This document shows positions 21,501-30,600 of a DNA stretch of 59,448 nucleotides, one piece after another (within the stretch, counting starts at the first letter, position 1; each line of letters starts with the position of its first letter). A program made the position numbers and the translations under genes. Below the pieces are notes generated by a model. The model saw only the letters and a list, made by a program, of their open reading frames with translations, had not been told where the DNA came from and ran no database searches. Origin of the DNA: a virus (lineage: Duplodnaviria; Caudoviricetes); the IMG/VR virus record IMGVR_UViG_3300032820_000008, positions 1 to 59,448 of that record. One strand, given 5' to 3'.

Positions 21501-22581
21501 ATCGGCTATTAACTTTGCAGTTGATTTTGTAGACACCATAAACGGCCCTGCGATTGCAGAAACTGGGCCTACACATTTCCAAGATGGTATTGGGAAAGTA
21601 ATGGGTACTTTTAAACGGTTTGCTTTTTCACAAGTTTATCTGCAATACCGCCTAGCAAGAGATGCCGTGTCCCACGTAGATCCTAAAGAACGAGGTATCG
21701 CGTTTAAACAGATTGCGGCGATCATGGTACCGGCTTATACACTGGCAGGTATGAAGGGCTTACCTTTTTATGGCGCAGTGGATGCAATTGCAAGTATGGC
21801 GATGAGCGACTTCTTATTGGGAGATGAGGACGAACCGTGGGAGTTTGATACTTCCCTTAACGCTAAAATGGGGGATTTTGCCTTTTTTGGATTATTCAAT
21901 GCGGTATTGGGAACTGATCTAGCAAGTCGGACAGGTTTTGGGAATATGTTATTTCCTCATGATAACCCCTATAAACGAGAACAGTTAGAGTGGTTGTATT
22001 ACCCACTAGCTTTTGCGGGGCCAGCAGTAGGGATTGTAGGGAGTCTGTATGATGGTATAGAGCTGTTTTCTGAAGGGCAGCTTCTACGGGGGATGGAAAA
22101 AATCACCCCATCCTTCATGAACAACCCGTTGCAAGCAGCTAGGTTTAGTGATCTCCCTATGCTTGGTGAAGGAGGCGCACTAACTCGGGATGGTATGACT
22201 CCTATAATGGACCCAGTGCCTACGGGGTCTATACTGATGAATATGTTTGGTTTCTCGCCTGCGGAACTAACTAAACGATACAGAGCAAATTCATCTGCAA
22301 AACAATACCAAAGAGCAGTATTGGAACGCCGTCGCGGTTTATTAAATAAACTGTATGGCGCTAAAGTAACCGGAGACTATAAAGAAGAAGGAAAGGTGCG
22401 GAAAGAAATAGCTAGATTTAATAACAGCCGCTTTGGACGCGCCATGCCTATAAACGCTTCTAGCGAAATAAAAAGCTTCAAAGCAAAGCTTAAACGGAGC
22501 GAAGAATATATTAATGGGCTATACATAAATGAGAAACTACGAGATCCTATATTAGAAGACGTAGGGATAGAACTAAGTTGA
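15562..22581 (+). CDS. Very large ejection / polyvalent protein (2339 aa) with a zincin-like HExxxH motif and a PLxRFG-like segment
   Basis: FLHEVGSHVG plus a downstream 'DELLAY' Glu; 'PYFPLLRHNG'; last and largest gene of the ejection cluster. Confidence 0.65.
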   Translation: MPKYKVTAPTGQAYTVDAPEGATGQDAIAYLSAQLGGVGAGAGAAISDSERYENILKRIEQERYAEGNALTQGLSRGVDIAQMGYGSFLEGVGKGLGLEGLEEYGGEVVAEQEEELAAKAPYATRLKDVREAEGVLDTAGELASFTGSALGESLPQMGTTIGGSLAGAAAGARMGAVAGIPGTVIGGIAGGLLANVPFFYGMNREAQKEAVADGTKIKLNEGAAFLASIPQAIMDLVADRFLFGLGSRAGVNVEKLTRQGGLFTRGVKGAALGVTAEVPTEVGQQVIERFQAGRPIDSPEAIEEYLEVGAAAGLVGSSIRTVTNIVGGDPEAKRLADEAKAKSALGLDGGAAAAAAAPTGVSLAADEETTRLATIKAAEEELRVAKAREDALNKVINDSEATASDRHAANLEQKAAEAERVKAETTLAAAEDAQGFAQFIQQEPELQNVGQQKRRELFDEYKTVNKARASYESGDNTLQDLYTGFGIKIGKNIDGEIKLADITPEMATTIVNDFTKRSEKLVEKGAEKDRVLIRELEQLDKSDLFRTIKDKVPERDRVPLSKKDDSITAEIDRVEARRLKEAQKRKADTAAAPAATPVVATTTEQLSRLDKIPDFKPTEAFLPPSSEQRREVTEVLSGRSLQFFEEIEDRIGGGIAPRTIFAEARKKLTKKEDVAAFGVAEKAIKKLWPGARGTVAPPVVTTPVVDKAKKQLTPEEFMAQQDAAKAAADKAAADKAAADKAAADKAADAAAETVVTKPVGRTRDYEVVGDSPEAIVLNKDIEEARKAWSEVKEAVDAYIYDHGPELEKARFAEMEKVARGEATTDTALADLMAKEESARDRIKEAENASNEAARARRAAAAGTAAPEAAAAEAGAIPESLVVPAALRPRKDGKESAYDAVTKGENPLTLEDLDKETPTGANKKFTGTQLVKFWGNKKKRVKQLADRAPAVEEAAQLAGKRVAADTKAAIYDDQKIEEITNGLVYKRFIERVTKSRQAVNAKGKTDLQKGLEADASIVASNELSAAGLDEGIGTSVEDDAIDAAGRAAAQDIAREGGEPALTEEVLQQNFKEYVYRTFDPDLAGLANRAFVVGGTRSGKDTRLTGEALEQLTNAAEAFYNEVIKIAEAMLPAKVAYSIAPETVTTPTSPEVMSAILSTRMGQNINDTVTIARNPQELGLTQLEPTAKGVILDKRVYLFTDNIEAGNELGVFLHEVGSHVGMKDYVGKGNYNRLINTIKRFASKTDGSFESRLAKRAMDRLKLAEDVLDKNVLPNDELLAYFIEEAVDAGVDPVEAGKEKSPIGNIFRSIMAFFKAGWRKLFRYPYNNPTAQEVVDMAYGAAGLVIRNPTAMLSNIDKQLLYSIATTAGNEFVETQSKINVNTQDRDFLATINDIGLTGLGKTTLERATNYKKHVYNFMGLLQLADQVSKKYPELAGVIRKIEAIVNTRKQIIDDKRREVEDFSLHLDTVLNSKEYKPYREAFEDVVHDSTIDEIDLRNNTDRTDPNRVVRNTDLYKRFAQLPAPLQEVYIRLSNKYENFATEYIATLEKFLGEAGIADAHKNMLDLLKGQITPYFPLLRHNGNYWLDFRVTNLRDASGALTMDDTGAAFVKRVTLSYESPEQRLAAKQILEKDPDVIKGSILTYARPNDASISSEVPNPEIEKLLGALTGDADLPASTKKLIVDNYLNMFPDSSLKKQFKKRKKIAGFRKDSVRNFAQIGHQMANQLASMQQSKELRDAYAALDEIQRTSAEPEGYIRSDDDSGATKADPNVAQIIQSVKDKREFLENPQPKSWAATLSWGSYVWYILGNLSSAFVNLSQIAIGYFHMVGRYGLVDTHKAFMNAMKMYMNGGRDNNTKFEIPKALGFLTGFNTSLADKTFGANKNLSPEYRALYDAGLARGAVRRTTGQELVDMQKGRTGKLSQRVHKYTYALSWYFQNTERANREIALIAAYDLARKKGTAEIRAGSSEYGAEKGATDKKSAINFAVDFVDTINGPAIAETGPTHFQDGIGKVMGTFKRFAFSQVYLQYRLARDAVSHVDPKERGIAFKQIAAIMVPAYTLAGMKGLPFYGAVDAIASMAMSDFLLGDEDEPWEFDTSLNAKMGDFAFFGLFNAVLGTDLASRTGFGNMLFPHDNPYKREQLEWLYYPLAFAGPAVGIVGSLYDGIELFSEGQLLRGMEKITPSFMNNPLQAARFSDLPMLGEGGALTRDGMTPIMDPVPTGSILMNMFGFSPAELTKRYRANSSAKQYQRAVLERRRGLLNKLYGAKVTGDYKEEGKVRKEIARFNNSRFGRAMPINASSEIKSFKAKLKRSEEYINGLYINEKLRDPILEDVGIELS

Positions 22582-22621
22582 AAGCTGCACCCCATATACT
22601 ATTTCTTACCAGTTCCCTAAT

Positions 22622-22987
22622 ATGAATTGGGAACCACCCCTCCCTACGTTCTTTAAGCTTAGTAGTTTTAAACGAAGTCTAGCGTGGGTTTCTGTTTCTG
22701 CATTTATAGGAATAATTTCTCTTACGTGGTTCATCGAAGACCGTTTTGTAAACGCAGAGGAAATGGACGCGGAAATAGAGGAAGTTATCGAGGATAGCAC
22801 TGCTCAGCACGATAAAATTTATTTGCAGATGGACCTTGCGGAACGGCGGGCATTAGTGAAATCAGAGGTTGAGTTTAAGCAGATGTTACGGGCAGACCCA
22901 GACAATGCGGATCTGCAAGAAGGACTAATGGAAGTACAGGAAGAAAAAAGAGAAGTTAAGGTACGAATTGCTAAGAGGTTGCAATAG
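22622..22987 (+). CDS. Membrane-anchored coiled-coil hypothetical protein
   Basis: One TM helix followed by an acidic coiled coil. Confidence 0.55.
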   Translation: MNWEPPLPTFFKLSSFKRSLAWVSVSAFIGIISLTWFIEDRFVNAEEMDAEIEEVIEDSTAQHDKIYLQMDLAERRALVKSEVEFKQMLRADPDNADLQEGLMEVQEEKREVKVRIAKRLQ

Positions 22988-22992
22988 CTACA

Positions 22993-23292
22993 ATGCGTAA
23001 GAGCAGCAAAGCGAAAGACTCCCGGCTTGTCCGTGCTGGAGTTTCAGGATACAACAAACCTAAACGAACTCCTGGGCACCCTAAAAAATCCCATGTCGTA
23101 GTTGCCAAGGTAGGCGATAAGATTAAGACGATACGCTTCGGGCAACAAGGCGTGACCACTGCTGGCAAACCCAAGGCTGGAGAGTCCGCTAAGCAAACAG
23201 CCAGACGAAAATCTTTCAAGGCTCGGCACGGGAAAAATATTAAGAAGGGTAAGATGTCAGCAGCTTATTGGGCGGATCGTGAAAAATGGTAG
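22993..23292 (+). CDS. Small highly basic phage protein
   Basis: 'GYNKPKRTPGHPKKSHVV...IRFGQQG...RRKSFKARH...SAAYWA' pattern that I recall from aquatic phages. Confidence 0.7.
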   Translation: MRKSSKAKDSRLVRAGVSGYNKPKRTPGHPKKSHVVVAKVGDKIKTIRFGQQGVTTAGKPKAGESAKQTARRKSFKARHGKNIKKGKMSAAYWADREKW

Positions 23293-23297
23293 GCGCT

Positions 23298-23498
23298 TTA
23301 CTTCAGCCTCCAAACCCTAATCCCCCGTATTCTATTTTCTATTACAGTTTTTATACGCACTTGTAATTTTCGTTTTCTACATTCAGCGTACAGAAGTTTT
23401 TTTGCTTTCCTGTCATTAAGACACGGAATAAAAAAAGAACTGTGTGGTTCAAATTTATCCCATTGAATGTCAAATACTATCCCGTGTATTTGGGTCAT
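23298..23498 (-). CDS. Hypothetical protein downstream of primase-helicase
   Basis: 'SFFIPCL...GIRVWR'; overlaps the end of the primase gene. Confidence 0.6.
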   Translation of the reverse strand: MTQIHGIVFDIQWDKFEPHSSFFIPCLNDRKAKKLLYAECRKRKLQVRIKTVIENRIRGIRVWRLK

Positions 23499-26229
23499 CC
23501 GTTTGCTGTTCTAAATTCTTTATAAATTGACTTGTGTCGATTAGCTCGTCTGTAGAAACATCAAATATATGCGTTTCTACGGGTGGTGAATCAATGGAAG
23601 TTCCCTTAGCTAGACGTTTACGCTTAGTCCCTTTGTATATATTCTTTTCACCTAAATCAAAAATTAAATCCTTGAAAATAATTTGTTCCTGAGCGCAGTA
23701 TTTTCTTATTGCCTTACTGGAAACGTATAACATTTTCTCATCGGGTTCCAATCTAATTGATAACTCAAACCTGGGTTCGACTAGAGGTGCGGGATGCAAA
23801 ACTGTTCTAGCGTCCGTTTCCCCATTCACAACCAAGATGTTCCCCCGATTAGTATTTAAGAATCCTCCTAAGACACCAATAAAATCTATTTTTGGCTCCG
23901 AAATTTGTTGTCGCAACATTGGAATAAGTACATTTGTAGCCCATCTCAATACACGGGGTACATCAATATCTATTAGTCCTTGGTCTTTAGCAAAATGTGC
24001 GCCGGTTATGTTGCAAGAAATTACAGCCGACCAGAATCTTTCTTTAGCATCCAAATTCATTTTACTATCAAGTGTTCTTTGTACATCTTTTGTCATGCTA
24101 GTAGCAGTTTTCAGATTCCTAACTAACCATTTAATGTATTCAGGACCAGCTAAACCATAATTATGCAGCATGGTCCCCTCGAATAAATCATATGCATCTG
24201 ATTTGCTTATATTATTAGTTTGGTCAATGCGGTATTCCAGTAACCGCATGAGTTCTCCATCAGCAAATTGTTTTATTAAACCTAGTTTTTCAGCCATTGA
24301 TGAATTGGCGCTCGCTAATGCAATGAGTGACCATGATGTATCGTTTTTACGTTCGACATTAGTCTGGGACTGCATACGCCCCGGCCCTGTACCTTGCGAA
24401 ACGTTGTATAACAACTTAGAAACAGTAGCGGGGTCCATATTAGTCACTTCGTCAATGGTGTAAGGCATACTATTCATGATGCCTAACCTAAACATTTTGT
24501 GCGCAAACGTGTCAGTTTCTTGGGCTAAGAGTCTATCCGGGTGTCCATATACAGAGTTACACACTTTAAGGACAGTTGACTTGCCTGTGCCGGAAGATGA
24601 ATTAATTAAATTAATTAACGCGCCGTTGAAACCGAGGTGTTTCATGAGCGGTGCGCCGAAGGCTGTGAAAATACCGAAGCAATGTGGTTCAAAACCATCT
24701 TGGTCATAAACCGAAATAACTTTTTTCCATTCTTCTAAAGCTCCTCTAGGCTGTACCCACGGACACAATGATTCAGTCGAAGGAGAGGGAGGGCTGTATT
24801 TAATAGTTTTTAAACCTATTTCTTTATCACCAAGAATAAATTTGTCATTTTCGCCAACCCATCCAAATTGTACGCGCATAATTTCAGCTTCCTCCTGCTC
24901 CTGTTGATGTTTTGTACATGCCATTAGGTACACCATCATAGCGTCCAACTGTTTGGACATTAGGAGAATTCCTTCTTTGGCTATAAGTTTCCCTAGTTCC
25001 TCTTTACTTCGCATCACAGAAAGTGGGATATAAAATTCACGAGGAGCGTCCTTTGGCAAGATGAATCTTGCTAAAGCTACATCACCTTTTTCTTTATCGT
25101 TAAGGCGCTTAATTAGATAAATATCATTATGGTAAATTAAAAGGTCGTCGTCGTTAGGGTCGCGAGATTTTTTGTATATACCTCCCGCTACGCCCCTAAA
25201 ATATGGTTTAGGTATATCTATTTCAGAAGCAGCAGCTTTTTTAATTTCTACTCCGAGTTCTAATGGGCCATTTATTTTTCTATAGTGGGAACATGTATCA
25301 CAGATACCCACCTGATTAGCATGGAACGTAGTACATAATTGGGGTTTATCGATTGTGCTTCCCGCAATTTTTTCAGTTTCCTTAGCGGAGTAATTGGGGT
25401 GCTTATTAGAAACAGCATGAATAGCTATTTTAGAATCTTTACAATTAGCGGCTATAGATAGTACCCCGCGCCAGAGATTGTATCCAACCTCGTCTTGGTG
25501 CGTTAAGGCATAATTAATTTGCCCACACCCTTTTCCGTTAAGGGTTTTCTTAGTAATTTTATAAAAAGAGTATTGTTGGTTATCTTTCTTTTGTGTCGTA
25601 AAGGATTCCTGTAGTTTCTGTGGCTGTTTAACATTTCCAACAACTTTTTTGAAGGTCTCTAAATGAATATCATCACCCGCATGTAGGCATGTGACATACA
25701 CAGGGGGGTCAGTCTTATAGTTATATGTTTCGGGAATTCGCAGAATGCGGGCTGCATCGGCAGTAATGGCTGCATCGGCGTCTAAATTATTTTCTACACA
25801 CAGCAGCTTTAGTTTCTCTGCAACAGGAAGCCATTCAGTTTTCTCTATGGCTTCAGAAAGAATCCAATAAGCATGGATTCCACTCCCGCTGGAAATCAGT
25901 GTAGGTATTTGTAAATTACTACTACTGCAAAATGCCTTCAGTGCTAGAATAGCTTTCCCTTGACTAGCGTAGGGTTTCCCTTTTCCGCAGTCTATATCGA
26001 GGAAAAAACTCTTGAACCACGTAGCGTTAACTTGCGTGCGTTTATAAGGTTCCTTAAATGTGGCACACGCGAAATAGATATCATGGTTGTCGGATAGTAG
26101 TCTCTTTGCTTCAAATTCGACATCTTCTAACGTTTCATGGAAACTTTGCTTTGGCGGCGTATCTTTCTTAAGCCCTACAAGACAATAGTATCCCTGCGGG
26201 GCAAGTATGCGCGATAAAAGCTTTATCAT
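23470..26229 (-). CDS. Primase-helicase (AEP/RepB-like N-terminus plus DUF927-type SF3-like helicase)
   Basis: FLDID, SGSGIHAYW and RILRIP primase motifs; Cys-rich linker; Walker A SGTGKST and Walker B TIDE. Confidence 0.85.
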   Translation of the reverse strand: MIKLLSRILAPQGYYCLVGLKKDTPPKQSFHETLEDVEFEAKRLLSDNHDIYFACATFKEPYKRTQVNATWFKSFFLDIDCGKGKPYASQGKAILALKAFCSSSNLQIPTLISSGSGIHAYWILSEAIEKTEWLPVAEKLKLLCVENNLDADAAITADAARILRIPETYNYKTDPPVYVTCLHAGDDIHLETFKKVVGNVKQPQKLQESFTTQKKDNQQYSFYKITKKTLNGKGCGQINYALTHQDEVGYNLWRGVLSIAANCKDSKIAIHAVSNKHPNYSAKETEKIAGSTIDKPQLCTTFHANQVGICDTCSHYRKINGPLELGVEIKKAAASEIDIPKPYFRGVAGGIYKKSRDPNDDDLLIYHNDIYLIKRLNDKEKGDVALARFILPKDAPREFYIPLSVMRSKEELGKLIAKEGILLMSKQLDAMMVYLMACTKHQQEQEEAEIMRVQFGWVGENDKFILGDKEIGLKTIKYSPPSPSTESLCPWVQPRGALEEWKKVISVYDQDGFEPHCFGIFTAFGAPLMKHLGFNGALINLINSSSGTGKSTVLKVCNSVYGHPDRLLAQETDTFAHKMFRLGIMNSMPYTIDEVTNMDPATVSKLLYNVSQGTGPGRMQSQTNVERKNDTSWSLIALASANSSMAEKLGLIKQFADGELMRLLEYRIDQTNNISKSDAYDLFEGTMLHNYGLAGPEYIKWLVRNLKTATSMTKDVQRTLDSKMNLDAKERFWSAVISCNITGAHFAKDQGLIDIDVPRVLRWATNVLIPMLRQQISEPKIDFIGVLGGFLNTNRGNILVVNGETDARTVLHPAPLVEPRFELSIRLEPDEKMLYVSSKAIRKYCAQEQIIFKDLIFDLGEKNIYKGTKRKRLAKGTSIDSPPVETHIFDVSTDELIDTSQFIKNLEQQTDDPNTRDSI

Positions 26230-26498
26230 TACTCGACCTCTTGTTGACTAGCATCCAATCCTCCGCCTCCTTCAAGCACCTCTATTATTTTTTCTTTATG
26301 CTCGATTGTAGGAATCCATGTACCGTCAAACCATCCATAGATAGTCATTCGGGTAACGTTGAAATGATTTGCAATTTCAGAAACAGAAATGTCTCTGGGA
26401 ATACAATACCTCCCCAACTTAACTCCAAAACTTTTTTCGGATGCTTCTTTGTTGGCTAAGATGATTTTGTTGCTGTACCCACGATTATCCGTAATCAT
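26229..26498 (-). CDS. Helix-turn-helix DNA-binding protein
   Basis: 'ISVSEIANHFNVTRMTIYGWFDG' is a Cro/XRE-like HTH. Confidence 0.75.
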   Translation of the reverse strand: MITDNRGYSNKIILANKEASEKSFGVKLGRYCIPRDISVSEIANHFNVTRMTIYGWFDGTWIPTIEHKEKIIEVLEGGGGLDASQQEVE

Positions 26499-27421
26499 CC
26501 GTCGTCAACTTCCTTGTTATCTTCATCTTTCCAATTCTTTAGGATGTCACCAATGTCTTCAGTAACATCTCCTTCTTCAGGAGGAGGAACGTCTTTTTTA
26601 GTACGTGTCTTTACTTGAGGTTTTTCTTTGTCGGTAGTCGTCCATAAAGATGCTTTCGGGGTTTTTGATTTTTCTTCGGACTCAACAAACCCTGTTTTAG
26701 AAGCCTCATCGTTGGCTAACGAATAGGATGTTGTTATAGCCTCTTGTATTTCCGGCGCATCAACTAACGTTTCTAAAACTTTCGTGTTTTTTGCACTAAC
26801 GAATTCTACCGCTGCAAAAAACAACTTACCGTAGCTTACTTCTTCATCAAAATACATTTGAGTAATTACTCGGTCGATGGGTGTATTTTTGCTATTGAGG
26901 TAATTAACATATCCGTTAAATGCCATCTTAGTCCCGTCGTTTTTTGGGAATATGGTGGTGGATGGTAGTTGCATTTGGTAAATCTGACCATTTATGTCAT
27001 CAGGACTAACCACAGCAATCCTACGAAAAAACCTACATGGCTTGCTACCGCTAGGTGCTTTAATATTTTTTGGACATGCGGCACACGTAGGAGCCTGTGG
27101 GTTTGCTATGGCCTGATTTGGGGTAATGCTATCTGTAGACCAACAAATAGGAGGTTTGGCAAAACCCGGAGTGTACGCATCCTCATAGAATGCTCGGGAA
27201 ATTTGCGGTGCTACACCTACAATTATGACATTCAAATCCTTGGACTCGATGTTTTTTTGTGATTCGGAGCCAAGTTTCATTTCCCAAGAACCTTTGCCAT
27301 TGAACACAATACGAGGAATTATAATGCTTTGTGTAGTGGCAAGGGATTTTGATAATTCCGTCTGTTGAATGTGTTTTGGGACATCTGATAAATCAAATGA
27401 AGAGGTTAGGTTATTAGCCAT
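26495..27421 (-). CDS. Putative single-stranded DNA-binding protein
   Basis: C..CxxCPKN..C motif, acidic C-terminal tail, position in the replication module. Confidence 0.55.
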   Translation of the reverse strand: MANNLTSSFDLSDVPKHIQQTELSKSLATTQSIIIPRIVFNGKGSWEMKLGSESQKNIESKDLNVIIVGVAPQISRAFYEDAYTPGFAKPPICWSTDSITPNQAIANPQAPTCAACPKNIKAPSGSKPCRFFRRIAVVSPDDINGQIYQMQLPSTTIFPKNDGTKMAFNGYVNYLNSKNTPIDRVITQMYFDEEVSYGKLFFAAVEFVSAKNTKVLETLVDAPEIQEAITTSYSLANDEASKTGFVESEEKSKTPKASLWTTTDKEKPQVKTRTKKDVPPPEEGDVTEDIGDILKNWKDEDNKEVDDG

Positions 27422-27432
27422 AGTTTACTTCC

Positions 27433-27852
27433 TTATTTTTTAGTAGGGCGACGAACGGTTATTGAGTATTTAGAATCAACATTTAAACCGCGAGGTTGGA
27501 TAGTCGGGTTCTCTTCAAGGAATTTTTTTATGTTCCCCTGATGTATGCGCTGTTCGACTAAATCAAACGCATTATTTTCCTTCATGATTTCGCAAAAATG
27601 AATCCAATCTGAGGTCCAGTATCTCTGGCGGACACTTCGGATAATGGTCCCAGAATTTGTATTAATGCTATTTACACCATCCTTTTCACAGACCTTTTCA
27701 AACTCAGTGGCAATTATATTTTTTTGCTTTTCCAGAGCTTTTATTTCTCTGTCTGCTTTCTTTTGCACTTCTGAAATTTTATTCCTGATGGCAAGAAACG
27801 CCCCTGCCATTTCATCCAGTGAATAGGTTCTTTCTTTCATAACGGCACTCAT
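27433..27852 (-). CDS. Hypothetical replication-module protein
   Basis: Coiled coil followed by 'DW..F', 'EQRIHQGN', 'PRGLNV'; upstream promoter and RBS. Confidence 0.65.
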   Translation of the reverse strand: MSAVMKERTYSLDEMAGAFLAIRNKISEVQKKADREIKALEKQKNIIATEFEKVCEKDGVNSINTNSGTIIRSVRQRYWTSDWIHFCEIMKENNAFDLVEQRIHQGNIKKFLEENPTIQPRGLNVDSKYSITVRRPTKK

Positions 27853-27882
27853 AAATATATCTACTCCTTTTCTACCTTCAAT

Positions 27883-27910
27883 ATTCTACTCGTATCCTAT
27901 ACAGTGTCAA
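27883..27910 (-). promoter_or_regulatory. Sigma70-like promoter TTGACA-N16-TAGAAT
   Basis: Reverse complement of tgtcaa (27905-27910) and attcta (27883-27888); AAGGAG RBS downstream. Confidence 0.65.
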
Positions 27911-27914
27911 GGGG

Positions 27915-29468
27915 TTATTCGTTGATAGTTTCGTTATATAGATCAAGTAATTTAACGTGAGCATCAAGTCGCCCCGATAGCAAATTGTATAACCGCCGCT
28001 CTACTGCGGAGCCTTGAACGTTCACGATGGTCATAATATTTTTCTGTCCGCGCCGATTGATACGAGCATTAGCTTGTAAGTAAATTTCCGTAGAGGTAAT
28101 GGGTGCGTACCAAATAACTGTGCTGGCAGCGGTCAATGTCACACCGTGTGCTGCTGCTTGTGGCTGTATAACAAAAACTTTTATGTCGTCCGATTCTTGG
28201 AATCGTTTAAACAAGTCTGTTCTTTGGTTTAAAGAGGTATCACCGGTTATACATTCTGTAGCTATACCTTGGTCAGTAAGATACTCGTGTAAAAGTGTAA
28301 TCGTGTGCCGGAACGGAACAAAAATTAATACCTTGGCAATTGATTCGTCGATAACTTCTTTAATTACCTTAAGTCTGTTGGATACATCAAATTCGATTGT
28401 GCTTCCAGAATTTGAATAGACGGCCCCACCTGACACCTGTAACAATTTACTCATGTTTACAGCAACATTAGCAGAAGTAACTTGTTCTTCACCTGCCTGC
28501 ATAAGAAATTTAGTTCTTAGTATTTTGTAATAATGTTCTTGTTGCAGCGTAAGGGGGGCTTCCCGCTCTACGTAAGTTATCTCCGGTAAATCCAGACATT
28601 CTTCTTTTGTAAATCTAATAGCGGGTTGTAGTGTTTCAAACACAGTATCTAAAGCATTTGGCTTTGGAACCCATTTAAACCGAGACACTGGGTACATAAC
28701 CAAATTGCGAAATGTCGTTAGTGATCGAGTCACATTATCCGGTACACATAATTTGGCTAAGCCATGTGCATCGACAGGAGACTGTGCAGCAGGACTTCCA
28801 GTAAGCATCCACATCCATGTAGATGGTCCTATAAGTTTGCTCATGGTTCTCCAACGTTTAGTAGTAGATGTCTTATAAGCATTAGCTTCATCTATGATTA
28901 CTAAATCAAAATTACTATTCTTGATGGTATCTTTAACAACTTCTATACCGTCATAATTAATGACGATGTATTCATACTCTGTGTTGTTAATTATTTTCTC
29001 TCGCTTCTCCCGTGGACCATAAGCAATTCCTACTTTTCTATGCACCGCAAATTTAAATAAATCTGCTTGCCATGCAGATTGCATAATCGATAGAGGGCAA
29101 ACTATAAGAACACGAGTGACGTGTTTTTTATCTAGTAGGTAGTCGGAGGCCCATATTGCAGCGGCAGTTTTGCCTGTCCCCTGCTCATTGAAACAAAATG
29201 CGCGGGGATTAAGCGTCAAGAACTCTGCGGTAGTTTTCTGATGTTCCATAGGGGGAGAAACCCCCGCCCACGCATACTCATACGTAATGGGGGATGGAAC
29301 ACCTTTCATCTTAAGTCTTGCTAGTTTTTGTGCAGTTGGAAGGTTCCAATCTACACAAATGGTGTAAATATCATCCTCAATATCCACTACGGAACTTTGG
29401 GGAATTTTATCTACAACTTTTTCAGGATGGCGTGTTCTTAATAATATTCTATCCTCAATAACTTGCAC
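27915..29468 (-). CDS. SNF2-like superfamily 2 helicase
   Basis: QGTGKT, IIDEA, LTGSP, HGVTLT and QANARINRRGQ motifs. Confidence 0.9.
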   Translation of the reverse strand: MQVIEDRILLRTRHPEKVVDKIPQSSVVDIEDDIYTICVDWNLPTAQKLARLKMKGVPSPITYEYAWAGVSPPMEHQKTTAEFLTLNPRAFCFNEQGTGKTAAAIWASDYLLDKKHVTRVLIVCPLSIMQSAWQADLFKFAVHRKVGIAYGPREKREKIINNTEYEYIVINYDGIEVVKDTIKNSNFDLVIIDEANAYKTSTTKRWRTMSKLIGPSTWMWMLTGSPAAQSPVDAHGLAKLCVPDNVTRSLTTFRNLVMYPVSRFKWVPKPNALDTVFETLQPAIRFTKEECLDLPEITYVEREAPLTLQQEHYYKILRTKFLMQAGEEQVTSANVAVNMSKLLQVSGGAVYSNSGSTIEFDVSNRLKVIKEVIDESIAKVLIFVPFRHTITLLHEYLTDQGIATECITGDTSLNQRTDLFKRFQESDDIKVFVIQPQAAAHGVTLTAASTVIWYAPITSTEIYLQANARINRRGQKNIMTIVNVQGSAVERRLYNLLSGRLDAHVKLLDLYNETINE

Positions 29469-29486
29469 GTATTACTCCTATATTAA

Positions 29487-29810
29487 TTACGCCTTTCGTT
29501 TCGATTTTCTCTTTTTCTTTTTAGGCGTGTTTCTTTTTACGCTTCCATCTGAATTGCGACTGAATGACCTATTTTTACTTGGTGACACACTTCTTAGGTT
29601 ACTTTTTTTGTTTGTACCACCCTTAGACAAAGGCTTCTTGTGATCAATGTCTTCCCCTTTGACATCCGTAATCTTCCCATCTTTGCCGGGATTTTTAGCC
29701 TCGTATCTAGCTCTTTCGCGAGTGTTTCTTCGTTTTCTTTCGTTTCTTTTTTTCTGTAGTTGATACTCTTTTTTGTAATTTCGATCTCGTTTTGGGTTTT
29801 TGTATGGCAT
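29487..29810 (-). CDS. HNH endonuclease
   Basis: [29 protein letters not shown]. Confidence 0.8.
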   Translation of the reverse strand: MPYKNPKRDRNYKKEYQLQKKRNERKRRNTRERARYEAKNPGKDGKITDVKGEDIDHKKPLSKGGTNKKSNLRSVSPSKNRSFSRNSDGSVKRNTPKKKKRKSKRKA

Positions 29811-29934
29811 CTGTCTTACCTCGTGCTAGAGAAAGCGCAATCGCAATCGCTTGATTTTTAGGTCGACCCGATTCTATGAGTTCTTTCACGTTGGCCGCTA
29901 TGTTCTTTTTACTCGTACCTTTTTTCAATGGCAT
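29707..29934 (-). CDS. Small basic phage protein
   Basis: 'MPLKKG.SKK.I..N..EL...[11 protein letters not shown]' pattern; the 3' part overlaps the HNH gene. Confidence 0.55.
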   Translation of the reverse strand: MPLKKGTSKKNIAANVKELIESGRPKNQAIAIALSLARGKTDAIQKPKTRSKLQKRVSTTEKKKRKKTKKHSRKS

Positions 29935-29937
29935 TTT

Positions 29938-30600
29938 TTATCCTCTCCCATTATATTCACAGTCTAAAACCGGACAGAATTTACGACAAGTGAAGTTAGA
30001 AGTAGGATTCCAAGTATCTGCTTCAAAAGACATATTTAATCTATCTAATTCAGTGTCCCAACTGGCCCAATAATTTTCCTCGTCTTTCCTGTAAAAATTA
30101 GCTTTTTTAAATTCTTCTGAAACCAAAAATAGTAACCCTCCTTTAACACATTCAACCTCTGGAAAATGACTAAAAATAGCAAGAGATAGTATTTCCAGTT
30201 GTTTAGTATCTGCATATTTTGCGGACTTGCCGGTTTTGTAATCTACTAACAAGGCGTTTTTATTATCTACAGAAATAAAATCAGCCACGCCTCGCCACCA
30301 TGCTTCCTTATCCCAAAAATCGCAGGGTTCCAAATCAGCAGTTAGAGCCATCTTATGCTCAAAAAATTTATCCCCGGCTGCACCCAACAAAATATCTATA
30401 TGAGGCTGAATAAACTTATGTTCCTCTGGTATCTCTTTGTTATCGCGCCCGTATTCCTCGGCAACTTGGTGGACTTCTTTACCGTATGTTAGATGACGCG
30501 ATTCCGGCTCTACTATATCTTTTAATATACGTAAGCGATAAAACTTACGGGCACATTGCGTAAACAAAGATAGCGACGAATAGGACCAACAAAAATTCAT
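29938..30600 (-). CDS. Cas4-like PD-(D/E)XK exonuclease
   Basis: WSYSSL..F.QC, G..D...VDYKTGK, QL, and C-terminal CxxC-x4-C (Fe-S staple). Confidence 0.85.
   Translation of the reverse strand: MNFCWSYSSLSLFTQCARKFYRLRILKDIVEPESRHLTYGKEVHQVAEEYGRDNKEIPEEHKFIQPHIDILLGAAGDKFFEHKMALTADLEPCDFWDKEAWWRGVADFISVDNKNALLVDYKTGKSAKYADTKQLEILSLAIFSHFPEVECVKGGLLFLVSEEFKKANFYRKDEENYWASWDTELDRLNMSFEADTWNPTSNFTCRKFCPVLDCEYNGRG

Noticed and set aside
26415-26432. Possible self-target of an array-2 guide (TTTCGGATGC)
   Set aside because: Only the spacer-A half plus GC matches and the spacer-B half does not; a 10-mer hit is expected by chance among 24 guides in 59 kb
29938-30600. Cas4 as part of a CRISPR or TIGR adaptation module
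   Set aside because: Stand-alone Cas4-like exonucleases are routine in phage replication modules; only distant operon linkage ties it to the arrays
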